This document shows positions 26,601 to 38,500 of a stretch of DNA of 64,000 nucleotides, piece by piece. The notes beneath the pieces were generated by a model. That model did not search any database, was not told the DNA's origin, and worked only from the letters and a program-made list of their open reading frames with translations. The stretch lies in contig JAQGDQ010000059.1 in NCBI GenBank assembly GCA_030141605.1, forward strand, positions 682,001-746,000, read 5' to 3'. The DNA comes from Tubiluchus corallicola (taxonomy: Eukaryota; Animalia; Priapulida). Position numbers and translations under genes: made by a program. Position 1 is the stretch's first letter, and each line of letters starts with the position of its first letter.

Positions 26601-29600
26601 TTTTTGTAAATTTTGAATGTACGAAAGTATTTATGTAGCACTCTGTAAATATTACGCTTAAAAACACTCTCTCCGGGGTAAGTTGTAATTCAGGTACCTC
26701 CAACTTCGATTTCGGGGCTTTTTGCCTGGTATAGAATACACAGCCATCTTCAGTTTGCCTTCCAGTTTCTTTGAGGCATTACACTAACTAGTGGTCATCA
26801 TCTAATAGTCTGTTATTATTATTATTATTGACACTTAAAAAGCATCATAACATTAAATTAGCAGACAGAGCTCTGTTTATCCATATTATCAATAGATTTA
26901 AATAGCCTGGATGTTACCTGTTCCGAGTAAAAACTGCTTTGCTTGTGAATAAGAGGCCAACTGAGCTGCATTTACAACCATTGCTCTTGCTACAGTAGGA
27001 CCACAACCCTGCATCACAAAAACTGTGAATTAATAAAATACGCAACTTAAAACATCCATAGATATTTTATTTTTACGTGAAGGGACTCACAATTATCTGG
27101 CGTGCACCACTTAATTATCTGTGCACTCAAGTTAATTCCTTAAACATCAGAAATAAAAAAGTTTCTCTTTTCATCAACTTACCCGCCATAATGTGAGCAC
27201 TCCTTCTTCTTTAACTATTCTAAACAATGCATCAAAAACATTCCGATAACCTCGCTGTTGAGCTACTGGTAATCTGAAATGAATTAAAAAAAAGGTATGC
27301 ACAATGCAAAACAAAACACAAAATAAATTTCAAGTGATTTTGCTACATGGCACGACAAAAATTTATTACTGCATGTTTTTACATTTTTCATTTTAATTTT
27401 TAAACCCCAATTGAAAACAATAATACAATACAATAGTTTTCCTACCCTCGCTTTAACTTACGAAATGTAGTCATTTCGAACTGGTCAATAATTCAAAAAT
27501 TTTTGTGGTGACAAAAGTTATTAGTGACACTGGCAAAACCAAATTTATATCACACTTTCACAATTTTTGGCTCTACTTGGATGAAAAATTAAATGTCTTT
27601 TTGTTTATAATGCCTGACATTGTAATTCAACTCCAAAAAAACCAATAAAGACAAGTACCATTACGGATGAAGACACTGTCTGTTGCTGACCAAGTGTAAC
27701 CAAACTGAGGAAAAAGTTATGCAGCAATAAATGCTAGAATCATTAAAAAAATTGTTAATAATGCACCTGAATGACAAAAAGAAAAAAGTCTACCTTCCAT
27801 CCGCACACATCCTTATGAGAGAAATTTCTGCTGGCGTACCCACAAATGCGCCAATTCCTCCAGCTGTTAATCCAATGCTAGCCTTCACAAAGAAGTTTGG
27901 TGGCTGCCCTTCTTTTCTAAAAACAAATATTAACTAATTTAAAAAGAAATGTAACAAACAATAAATTAAAACAGTAAAACACATTTGAAAAAATTGTTAA
28001 AGATTGGCTTTTATGTTTTCAATCTTACGATAATTATAATTTTCCACAATTTATGGACAAGCACATGCAAAAATAAAAAAGTTTTTCAGTAATCCAAATT
28101 TGACTCGAATAAAACAAGCTCTGCAGGCCTACGGAATCTGAAGAGACTGCCCAAATTAACTATGATAGGGCATCTTCTTTAAATACTTGCAAACAACAAA
28201 ATTACTGTGTTGTCGGCATAGCAACACAGATTCTTCTTCTAATCAAAAGTGTCTAACTGATAGCTTGCAGAAAATTGACTTACCCCGCAAATTTATCAAA
28301 CAATATTGTGTATATGCCTAATCGAGTTGTAGTGTAACTAGCCTGTCGTAATAAGCCCGCAGACAACCTATGTATAGAAAATGTATATTATCAGTTTAAC
28401 AACTTTACATAATGAACAAACGTTCAACAACAGAACACTTTAATATTAAGTTGAGAGTACTTATTAGCCATTTTATTCTCTAGAAGTTGTCAAACACTTT
28501 TTCATTAGTAGCATAAAATCATCTTATTTGTTGCAAATAAGAAAAATACAAGCAGTTCAGTCATTGGGCTTTCAGGTCAAATGAAGGAATTACAAAAAAA
28601 ACTGTACACAGCGTACACAAACAAAACATGTAAAGTGACAAGCACTAGATAAAACAGTTTTTTATAACTTGTGAAGATATATATTAATCTGAAAAACTGC
28701 TGCAATACAGATTAAAAAGTACAGAATTAAGGTTAAATTTCACAATAAAATAATTCTGTGCTATTATAAGTTGTTTTCAATATCATAAAAGTTGTGTAAT
28801 ATCTAAAAATGTTGCAATTACAATGATAATACAATAAAATTAAATTGAGAATCATTCTTAAACACATGTACGAAATTAAAAAGCTTTGATCTGTCCATGC
28901 AGGTTCATTACTGGATTTAAAAATAATGAAAGATGCGGGGACCATAGCTAATTTTGCAGTTTTCTGTTTGAAATCTTTAAACTTCATGTGGTTCTGGTAT
29001 CATGCTATAAGTTTATGGAAATTTTGTAACCTCTTCTTCGAAATGAACCCTCGACTCCCAATTGCGAAATATTGCACTTCAAAGCTGTTTTCTTCAATGT
29101 CTGTAACCAAGCTTGCATATTTATTCTCTTTAAACTGGTATGCATTTTCAATGTTCAAGTCTGACAAATCGAATGTCAATAGTTTCTTCAGAAATTTGCT
29201 GAATATGCTTATATTAAGATGGATGTAGTTTGTGTACAATCAAGTGGCATAGAGCTAACTCTACTGTTGTTAAAACCATGTAAATCAACATAAACTATGA
29301 AGCCAATTGGCAAAGACATAGTTGTGGTGCCTAATATATCAATGAACACCGCTGTAAAATTGTTCACATATGATAACTTATAAATCAACACTACTTTGGG
29401 CTGCGCCTGAATACTTCCAAGTGATTTTTGATCTTGACTTTAATAACACTGCAATTCCTCTCTTCGTGAGTTTCACTTGTAAACATAAACTCAGTCATTC
29501 ATAGTCAAGTGAACCAATCACCAACAGATGTTTGTTTTTTGGCCACAGAGAAAATTATGCCACATAACACTTAATGTGTGCTCGCCAAAAACTGACAAAT

Positions 29601-32600
29601 TTTAGTGACAAGCACTCAGTCACAAGTCAAAGGTTGTTAACCAGAAAATAATAGATTTGCAAACCAAACTTAACTGATGGTACAAACTTCGAAGAACCAG
29701 ACAATTAATGTGAGCTTCTTGCACAGAAAGAAAGCTCTAAAAACATTTCACAATCTTTGTATAAAAATTCCTTTTTGGTACATAAAAAAATAAAGACTGC
29801 CATTGAAATTTAGGCAATACATGCTATATACAAAATGTTTAGAAACATACTCCTAATAACTGTACCAATTAACAACTAGTTGTACTTTTCAAGTTACAAA
29901 TGTGTGTAAAAATCTAGTGATGTACAGAACATTATAAATTTTCAAATCTTTGGTTAAATGACATAATTTTAGTAAATAGAAAAATGCTATGCATTCTTTA
30001 AAACTAGTTGTCTTTTCTAAGCTGCATTTCAGGAAATGTGAATGTTTTAAAAATGGCTAGAAATTATTCAGTGCCGACAATACACAGAACTAGCAATATG
30101 CTTAGCCATTATCAAAAAGGCATGTGAAGACACTATACAGACTGTTCAATGATAACAGCAAAAACAGATTTCAAAAATTCTAAAAATAATTTATTTATTT
30201 TTTCTTTTGTTATTTAATGGCATGGTATGTACAACTTTGCTTCATTTGGAATTTAACGGCAAAACTTATAAGTATGTAAAACACAGAATCACAAAAATAA
30301 GACATCTGGTACAAAAATATTTATACTACAAACTGGAAAAGTTTTAATAAAAAACGATCTGAGGCCTTATGCGTTGCTTACATAATCTCTGACATTTTCT
30401 AACAATTTTTTTTTCAAAAGTAACTAACTAGTCAACAGGAAAAGCCTGTCAACTCACTGCTATCTGATCAGAGATATTTTGGGTAACGATCTTGAGTGAC
30501 TTTTACATGGAAGTGACAGCTGGATCCAAGATATTCTACATTCTTCTGAAATTTCTTTTGCATACTACAATATATGTCACACAGAAGCAAAAACATTTAA
30601 CAGCGTGTTTTCAATAAAATGGCAACGATGTCTTCAGCAACAATAAGAAGAAACAGCCTACTTTATGGGGATAAGACACAACAGATGCAGCATGAAAATA
30701 CCATATAGCTTGGTTATCTAAGTTAGTGCACAACTAAGTTGCTTAATAAAAGAAATAACAGCTTGACAAAATCAACAAACATGCTGCTTTGAATTCAAGT
30801 ACAATTTAGTGCCACCTAAAAACAAACTTCGACAAATTTAAATTACACTAAAATAATATGGAAAATACCTACTACTATATAGAAATATAATTAAAAAAAT
30901 GAATGTTGAAAAAGCAGAACCTCTTCAGCAAATTTAATAGCATCAGCATTGTGATGAGCATCATTTTAAAATACTGAAAGCAACCCAAAGTGAAATAGAG
31001 GAACTTAACAGCAATGGAAAAACAATGACAAATAGTGCAATGGCAAGGTAAGAGATGCTATCATGAAAGTACAGAAATGAAAGTGTTAACAAGCCCAGAG
31101 ATACTTTTAATTTGCACAAAGACCTTACCCCGTATAGATGCCAATTACTCCTTCATTTCTGAGCACAGAAGCTATAGCATGAAAACTAGTTTTGTACTGC
31201 CGTGCCCCACCACCTTCTCCTAGGTTATTAAAAGCAAGATGAAAGCAGTTTTACTAACAAAATTGTTGTACAAATGTGGTTAAGCCAACATGTAAAATAT
31301 TTTTAATAATAATAATAACTATTAAAAAAAAAGTATTGCTTTAATTAATAATTCTCATATTATTATAGTCATATTCGAATTATGACTACTCAAATGTCTA
31401 ATTATTTTCTTAAGGCTCGAATTAGTCATATAAAAACACTAGAACCATTTTAAAACTAAAGATGTATGCTTAATTGTTTACACTTCTACATACCACTCAA
31501 CTGCATACGATTCTTGACAAGATCCAGTGGCTGAACAAAACATGTAGCAGCCATGCTGTAATAATAGAAAAAAATGGTGCCATTAATTAATACAATATAT
31601 GCAAAAATGGGTATATTAAAATTTATTTCGTAAAATATTTGATAAGTTCAAGATTAGAAAGGTAATGTACAAGCCTGTAATGAATTTAACAGAGCTAGCA
31701 GTTAAGTGAATTATTTGGGAAATATATTGTATTAAATGTATTATTATAAAAGCATCTCTCTAATTTTAAATGTAATAATTTAACATAATCAAGTCGGAAT
31801 CATGCAGCTATAATGTTGGGTCTCTTCAACAATGGCAGGAAGACCGCAGCCTGGCTCATTATCAAGGATAACCATCTAAGTCTAAGATGAGCCATTAAGC
31901 CAGCAGAGGTATCTTAGGCTCATTCGCACACATGTGTACACTCCCTATTTCTACGAGGTAAACAACCACAATGTGTATGGCAAATGAAACTGCCTAGAGA
32001 GGGCCATATTGAACCCAGGTGCTCAAGATTCGAAGCACATGCATGAGACAAATTGACTACACAATTATAATTTAAACTGTAATGACATAATCATTTTATT
32101 TGTGAAATGTCTAAGCATTATCCACAAAACAAATAAATATGTGCTTCTAAAATACAAATAGTTAGCTAAACAATAAGTCATTCAGCAACAGTAAGTTTAA
32201 TGATAAGCAACAATTACACAACAGGGTAATAAAAACAATTACACCAAAGTGGACAAAGTGTAATAATTACCACCCAGTGATATAGCCTAGTATTTTCTAG
32301 CTTGCGTAGTGGGCTATTCTCTTTATAAGCTGACTTGTAGCAAGGATGTTCTGCATGGCTTTGCCTTAAGTTCTAAATTTCTTATAAAAACATAAGTTAT
32401 AACATACACAATGCTCAATAATACTGCCGTGTAATTCCCACCATAATGTTCACCAGGAAATTACAAGGTTTGTCTAACAAGCATTATAGTGAGCTGTTCT
32501 ACAATGTTTGTGTAATCTGACTATAATTAGAACACCATAATATTACACAATAATACACATTCACATTACTGAACCTCTGGATTAATGGTACAAAGGAAGC

Positions 32601-33589
32601 AATGTAAGATTCCAAGCCCGAATTTATTTAAAGGCCTGCTGCAGACCACCGTTATGGTAAAATGAGAAGTCAACACGTTTAGAAATGCTCGCTAATACCA
32701 GCTGATTTTTATCTGACATTCGTATTAATAAAATTAAAGCACATATACGTAGTACTAGGAGTGAAAAGCTAAACTTTGCTGATATCAAGTTAGGCCTATA
32801 TCATTTAAACAGGGTGACAAGATTGGTGCAGAGTTAGCGCAGGTATATATTTGCCACAACCCACAGCAACACGCAGTTCTCTATGTTTAGGTTGTACACT
32901 TCTCAGCCAGGAAAAGTCGTAAACGAACAGTCCAGTGCTATTACCAACAAGTCGAGAGGCTATTAGGCATAGTAATGTTACTACAATCTATACTATAGCC
33001 ATATCAGCACATAAAGTCTACAGATATTAAAAACGTAATACTACTTGGTTGCAGTAGAGGTGCAACATCTATGTGGTAAAGAATAAGACACGACAGAGCT
33101 ACCAACTACAGAAGTGAATTTCCAAACTCTGATCGAGTCAGAAGATCCACAAATAGCAAAGCAGTTGTTGGAATTTGTTGAAATAGCAATGGAAACAACA
33201 AAAAGAAGAGGTGTCGTGCTAGATATTTAGCCAAAATAACAATAGTCATAAAAGTTTATAAAGTATTAAGGTTGATCATAAAGTATTAAGATTTATCACG
33301 TTACTTGTGTCTCGCACGGTGATAGTCATTTGTGCCTATCTAACCAGATAGAGTGGACACCGAGGAAACAACGAAACAACTAACGAAATGTCAGTAAACC
33401 AAAATATAAACTTTAAAATGCTATGGTATAAAGTAGCTAATAATAACTAACACAGAACAGACTAAACTGTAAAGTGTAGGCAGGGTTCTCAAAGTCTTAC
33501 CCTGCTGTTCCACCAAATAAAAATTTGATGCTATTTGGAATCGGTGTTGGTTTCTTCTGTTCAGCATCTTCTTTAATTTCTTGCGACAT
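23478..33589 (-). CDS. SLC25A11: Mitochondrial 2-oxoglutarate/malate carrier (OGC); whole spliced CDS, 9 exons, 320 aa
   Basis: Minus-strand exons 33589-33501, 31555-31494, 31219-31129, 28367-28284, 27916-27794, 27273-27183, 27008-26918, 25754-25603, 23657-23478 join in frame (963 nt). OGC motifs QPLDLVKNRMQ, LRQASYTTTRLG, GTPAEISLIRM, RAMVVNAAQLASYSQAKQ, MPVDIAKTRIQ, KGFTPYYARLGPHTVLTFIFLEQ. Confidence 0.96.
24017..25379. mobile_element. Old non-autonomous hAT-like element in SLC25A11 intron 8
   Basis: Imperfect TIRs TAGTGATGAGAATTGAT / ATCGATTCCTATCACTA; subterminal cgata/atcga repeats; degenerate 8-bp flanks tctggacg / tcttgaaa. Confidence 0.6.
25603..25754 (-). CDS. SLC25A11: SLC25A11 exon 8
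   Basis: GYFGDNINCHFAASMLSGLVTTAASMPVDIAKTRIQNMRVIDGKPEYKGAL. Confidence 0.95.
25883..26073. mobile_element. pogo/Tigger-like MITE
   Basis: Imperfect TIRs taaccaaacctcgttataatgcc / ggcggtataaagcggtttgactg; internal taatgcc repeats. Confidence 0.55.
26918..27008 (-). CDS. SLC25A11: SLC25A11 exon 7
   Basis: GCGPTVARAMVVNAAQLASYSQAKQFLLGT. Confidence 0.94.
27183..27273 (-). CDS. SLC25A11: SLC25A11 exon 6
   Basis: LPVAQQRGYRNVFDALFRIVKEEGVLTLWR; GTAAGT donor. Confidence 0.94.
27794..27916 (-). CDS. SLC25A11: SLC25A11 exon 5
   Basis: KEGQPPNFFVKASIGLTAGGIGAFVGTPAEISLIRMCADGR. Confidence 0.94.
28284..28367 (-). CDS. SLC25A11: SLC25A11 exon 4
   Basis: LSAGLLRQASYTTTRLGIYTILFDKFAG; GTAAGT donor. 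Confidence 0.94.
28880..29330 (-). mobile_element. 5'-truncated fossil of an RLE-type (HERO/NeSL/R2 group) non-LTR retrotransposon
   Basis: Three frameshifted minus-strand pieces: VYVDLHGF..MPLDCTQT; NIENAYQFKENKYASLVTDIEENSFEVQYFAIGSRGFIS; KLAMVPASFIIFKSSNEPAW. These fit the K..KY..L / E.GSRGF endonuclease C-terminus. Confidence 0.7.
31129..31219 (-). CDS. SLC25A11: SLC25A11 exon 3
   Basis: GEGGGARQYKTSFHAIASVLRNEGVIGIYTG; TAG acceptor, GTAAGG donor. Confidence 0.93.
31494..31555 (-). CDS. SLC25A11: SLC25A11 exon 2
   Basis: MAATCFVQPLDLVKNRMQLS; CAG acceptor, GTATGT donor. Confidence 0.94.
33501..33589 (-). CDS. SLC25A11: SLC25A11 exon 1 (MSQEIKEDAEQKKPTPIPNSIKFLFGGTAG)
   Basis: ATG at 33589; KFLFGG motif; donor GG|GTAAGA. 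Confidence 0.9.
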
Positions 33590-34021
33590 AGCGAAATGTT
33601 ATATTAATATTTCCCAGCACGTCTACAATTAGAAACAGTTCCAAAGTTTGAACACTTGAACTTTTCTCGCGAACTTTGGAATTTGACTTTTTTATTAGTT
33701 GTGCACCACATGTTGGATCGTCAGTGCAACAGACGCACCGCACTTAATTTGGGATAGCAAAATTTAATAGCTATGGTGAATATTGGTGACCCAACTGGGC
33801 GCGAAGAAAAAGTTTTTGCAGCCTACATCATTTATTTGTATACACTATAAAGCATGAGGTTTCAGAACGGACAAGGGCCATATTTTATATTTTCTATGTT
33901 AGTAAAAAAAAAGTTTCGTAGCACATGTACAAGACTGTGGTTGTCAGGTCAGTGATTTTGAGAAGTACATGCACGTAATATCTGCGACTACAGGTGAAAC
34001 GAAGATTTCTGCTAATGATCA
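33590..34021. promoter_or_regulatory. Bidirectional promoter SLC25A11 / TXNDC11
   Basis: Only 432 bp between divergent ATGs; CpG-containing; TCTCGCGAA near 33665 and an E2F-like GGGCGCGAA near 33797. Confidence 0.75.
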
Positions 34022-34176
34022 ATGGCGGCGCCCTGTAAAACTGATGTGGCTGATAATCTCCAGAGGAAAACCAGAAAAACCTTAACTGATTACATAATTC
34101 TGATGGCCGAGTACAAGAATTTTGTATGTTTTCTTTTATCGACAATGATCACATTGTTTTCAATGATGTCATTTTC
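34022..34176 (+). CDS. TXNDC11: TXNDC11 exon 1 (cytosolic leader plus hydrophobic signal/anchor)
   Basis: caATGGCGGCG start with an in-frame TGA just upstream; FVCFLLSTMITLFSMMSFS; TC|GTAAGT, phase matches exon 2. Confidence 0.82.
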
Positions 34177-35473
34177 GTAAGTTTTGTATTTTGCATTTTC
34201 TGGACTAAGATAGGCTAGTTGAAATAAATTATTATACGTTATAATTATATATACAATCTTCACAATGTACTAGTTATGTAGTCCATAGTCTTGACTCTCT
34301 GCACTCCTAGTTTTAGCATCGTCCCCGACAACTTGGATGACAGACTGTACGAATTAGGCATTAGTTTTAGAATAGCATATGCGTGTACAATTCTTATGAT
34401 TTTATTATCATGATTCATAAGTTGAGTATAACGAAAGCTGAAGTTTTACTAACGTTTGCGTAATGCAGATAAACTTAAAACATATTAAGTTACGGTAATC
34501 TATTATTTTAGCATTCCTTATTTGAAAGGCAAAATAGGCTTACCGTACCATACACCTGATTTTCCCCAGACATCCTCTTTTTACGCTAAAATCTGTATGA
34601 ATTGAGATCCGAATCCGTGAGTGTAGTGCTGTGACCATGTTTACACCTGACTTCCCTGTACAACTTACTACTTGTACACTATCAATTTTTTCAATTCAGT
34701 TTATTCCACAAATATGCAATTAACATTACATACATTGGCAAGTACAAAAAGAAAATTGTATACAGGTAGAACTACAGATTGCCATCAACACACATTTATA
34801 CATATATATAAAGCAGGTGTACTACCTATCATGAGATACAGATCGACAATTGCATTTATATTATTAATCGAGCTGATGATAATAATTTATCAGTTAATTA
34901 TGACTTAATTAACTATAACTTTGACTTATCAGTATGTGTGGTACTCGTGACTAATTATCACTTGACTGTGCCTGATCCAATGCGGTTACTTTTTCGGAGT
35001 CATCTATAAAACAGCTATGCTGCCTAACCAAATATTTTTCTGATGGTTTACTCTGTGATTCAATAATGTGGCTTACTCATGTGTGACTGAGCTAATTTTC
35101 ACTCCTACCTCAGATGCTTAAATAATTCCAATTCGGGCATGACAATGTTTATCACTAGATCATATTTTACCCAGTGCGATTTTCTCATGTGCTATTAGGC
35201 GCTTAAGAAACCTCAAAAACTTGATGCCTGCTCTGGGCTGGATGCCTAACTTTCTCTTGAAATTTGTGCTGCTTGTGGTTGACATTTTTGCTTATGTCTT
35301 ACACCTTTAAACAATCCTTAACTTTCTTGTCTATGCAGTTGTGTGAGGCGATACTCCAGGTGTCTGTCCTGCCAGTTTCTTGACTCTAGTTACTGTAGTT
35401 TTTGAACTACTCAATGTTATCTATTTTGGCCTTATCTTTGCCCCTTACAAAATTCAACTTTTTAAAATGGCAA

Positions 35474-35523
<50 letters not shown>

Positions 35524-38500
35524 TATATATATATATATATATATATATTATCATTTTCCTCGATACTACTCGATACGATTTTATACTTTTATTCATGCAA
35601 TTTGCTGTCCAGCCACAGAGCTTTCCCAAAAACCCATTCTTGTCTAATCTTGAAATTTTCTTTCTAGTTCAGATAAGCTTACGAAGGCTCCTTATTTTAA
35701 TTCAGAAATGCATAGTAAATGTAAACCCTACTGCACAATTAACGTAAATTTCAAAGTTTGTAGCCTACCACACTATTAACTTAACTTACACAACACAATG
35801 TGTTTTCAGCACTCCAGAAACTAAGATAATTCAAGCTGGCCAACCACCCAAGCCATTTTTTGCACGTAAATCACAAGTCATCGACATCTATAATGGGGAT
35901 ATGCATATGGTGGCCACATTAGCTCAGAATGCAGATATAACATTTGCCATGTATTATGCTCCATGGGATGCCAATTGTATGTCAGCTAAGAAAGAATTCA
36001 GCAGGGTAGCCAGATATTTTCATTCTCAGGTAAGATCTTTCATAAATGTTAAAACATTATTTCTCATCTAAGGCATTTTTTGCATCATTGACTGAAACGT
36101 GTCACTTGTCACTGAAAACAATATAGTAATTTAACGATATTATTCTAACTCTGAAATGTTTCTGATGCAAATTTTAACAACAGTGTTACAAACGTCAAAG
36201 TTGAACAATCAAATCTGTAATACTGTATTTTGCAGATTAAAACACAGCAAATTGTTTGGATAAAAACATCATTAAGTGAATCACATGTTCCAATTAAGTA
36301 GTGTTTAGTGTTGTGTGTTTAGACACTTTTTGTTGCCATTTATTTTAAAAAGAGATAAAGCATTACAATAAATGCAGATTTGTTTTAGAAACTTTAGAAT
36401 CATTCTGAGTAATTGCTACTTTTAAGTACCACACTCTCGCTACTTGCCTACCTTGTCTACATCCATCCTCAATCCTGAGGGTCAGTGACCTCAGATATGC
36501 TGGCACCAGCCCTGCTGACAGTTTCTATCACACATTTGATGTTGTACACTTTATCAATGATTGTTATGGCTACTCCTCAGTGTTGTCATTCTCCAGACTG
36601 CAGATCCTGTCTTTTCTGTATATAGCATTTATTAGATTCAAGTAAAAGACTCCAATCAAAGAATCAATGGCTATGGAAAACAGTGAGACATACGTATTAA
36701 AAAACTAATCCTCATTTTGAGGTAATCAATGAATTAACTTGTGTGATAGCATTTGTTTAGCTAATTAAGATTATTTTGAATTTGAAGCTTTATACGAAAA
36801 CTCCAAACAGGTTCAGTTCTTGGCAGTAAACTGTTGGTGGAGGGATGGCCAATGCCATAGGGAGAACACCATTTACTCCTACCCCATCTTCATGCTTTAC
36901 CCTAGCACAGACAAATCACTGGGGGTAGAATATTTAGGACTGCACAACGTGGAATATTTCATACACTTTTTGGAATTGGCAATTCGACCGCTGAAACATA
37001 TCCGTTCTTTTGAAGATTTGCTATTGTTTACTGGACAACATGATGTAAGTATTAATGTATTGCTCATTAGCAGTTTACAGGTAAACTGCATTGCATCATA
37101 TCAAAGGGAACTTACAGTACAGAGAAATTTTTTAGTTGGTATCAATCTTCTTATATTATAGTCTCTAACTTATCTAAATTGTTGAGAAAAGTAAATGTTT
37201 GTTACAAACACAAAAATTAAAGTGATAACAATGTGCACTTGCTTGGTCGGGCATGTAAGCATTACCAGGTTCAAGGGGAAATATGGGAAAAACTGTTGCA
37301 CTGCCTCCAGTTATTTCTCTTGTTAAGGGAGGATAAATGTTCATCTGAACTGGCATACAAATGCCCAGACAGTGTCGCATTTTTGAGAAGATCAGTTAGT
37401 AAGATTTTGACTGATCACACGGCCCAAATTGTCAGCTTCATGTATCCTACGTAAAATGTTGGATACCAGTTTGAAGTGTGTCAAACATTGTAAAAAATTT
37501 AAATATTGTTTTCTAGCTGAACACGATATTATTCACTTTACATTTTCGTACAGTTTTCTGTTGATGGCTGTGATGGGATCAACGATGACTTTCTAAGATA
37601 AGATACTGCACCAGCTGTAACAGCCATGGTTTACTGGATGATCGTTTTTCTTCAATGAGTAAATAGTCTGAAACAGTGTTCCCTCAAGCATCTTTCCCAT
37701 TGCATCCATAAAATGATGATCCATTTACTGATCATGCTCGGTATTACATATTTAACTTTTGTTGCTAAACACCTTTCAAGTTCACACAGCTATTTCTCTC
37801 ACCCGAACAATAGCTACATGATCATAATAAGTACATAATCATAGATGAATTTTTCAGGTGTGTGTTGTGGGCTATTTTGATTTCAATTCATCACCTCAGC
37901 CACCTGGTTACCTTTCTTTCCACTTGGCTGCAATTAGAACCATTGCTTCTGGTACGTATAGTCTGCTTTGAATTTATATTTTTAATGGTCCTTGCTGGTT
38001 TTTGAAGATAATCAGTGGTGGTAGCAGTCAGTGTCACTGTCAGCCTCAGAACACGCCTTTGATGCATTGTCCTTGATGTGTAAGATAGGACATTGTCATT
38101 GGCCAGTTTACCACTTTTAATTTACATTTATTGGCAAAGCGGCCTGAAACAATCTGCCTGGGAATTGTCAGGCACTGATTCTCTTAACTCTTGTTTCATT
38201 TGAAAAATAATACTTTGTGAAAAAACTGAAATCTTTGTTATTGCCATCTTATTTTGTCTAAACTCTTCTTTTTTCCAATATTATATAAATGGTTTTTACG
38301 TCTTAATAGCCATCATGTGTGAAAAGACAATCATTCACTAATGAAGCTGAAACAAAATAAGAAAGGAGCAAGGCATGGTAGTAAGAGGTACTGTCATAAG
38401 TTGGTTGTGCTAGTTCTAGCACTTTTTCCTCTAATATTAAACTGCCAAACTTGAATGATTCCTATTTCAGATCCAATGCAGCCAGTTAAATTTGCAGTAG

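Noticed and set aside
5850-33501. Shared first-intron position in the two carriers as a sign of local duplication
   Set aside because: Both are phase 2 in a Gly of helix 1, but they lie 12 versus 9 residues before the signature Pro, so they are not homologous.
37558-37675. Possible intronic C/D snoRNA (ctgtt TGATGG ... CTGA aacag)
   Set aside because: C box has two mismatches and I could not recognise an rRNA guide; a snoscan/Infernal hit would be needed.
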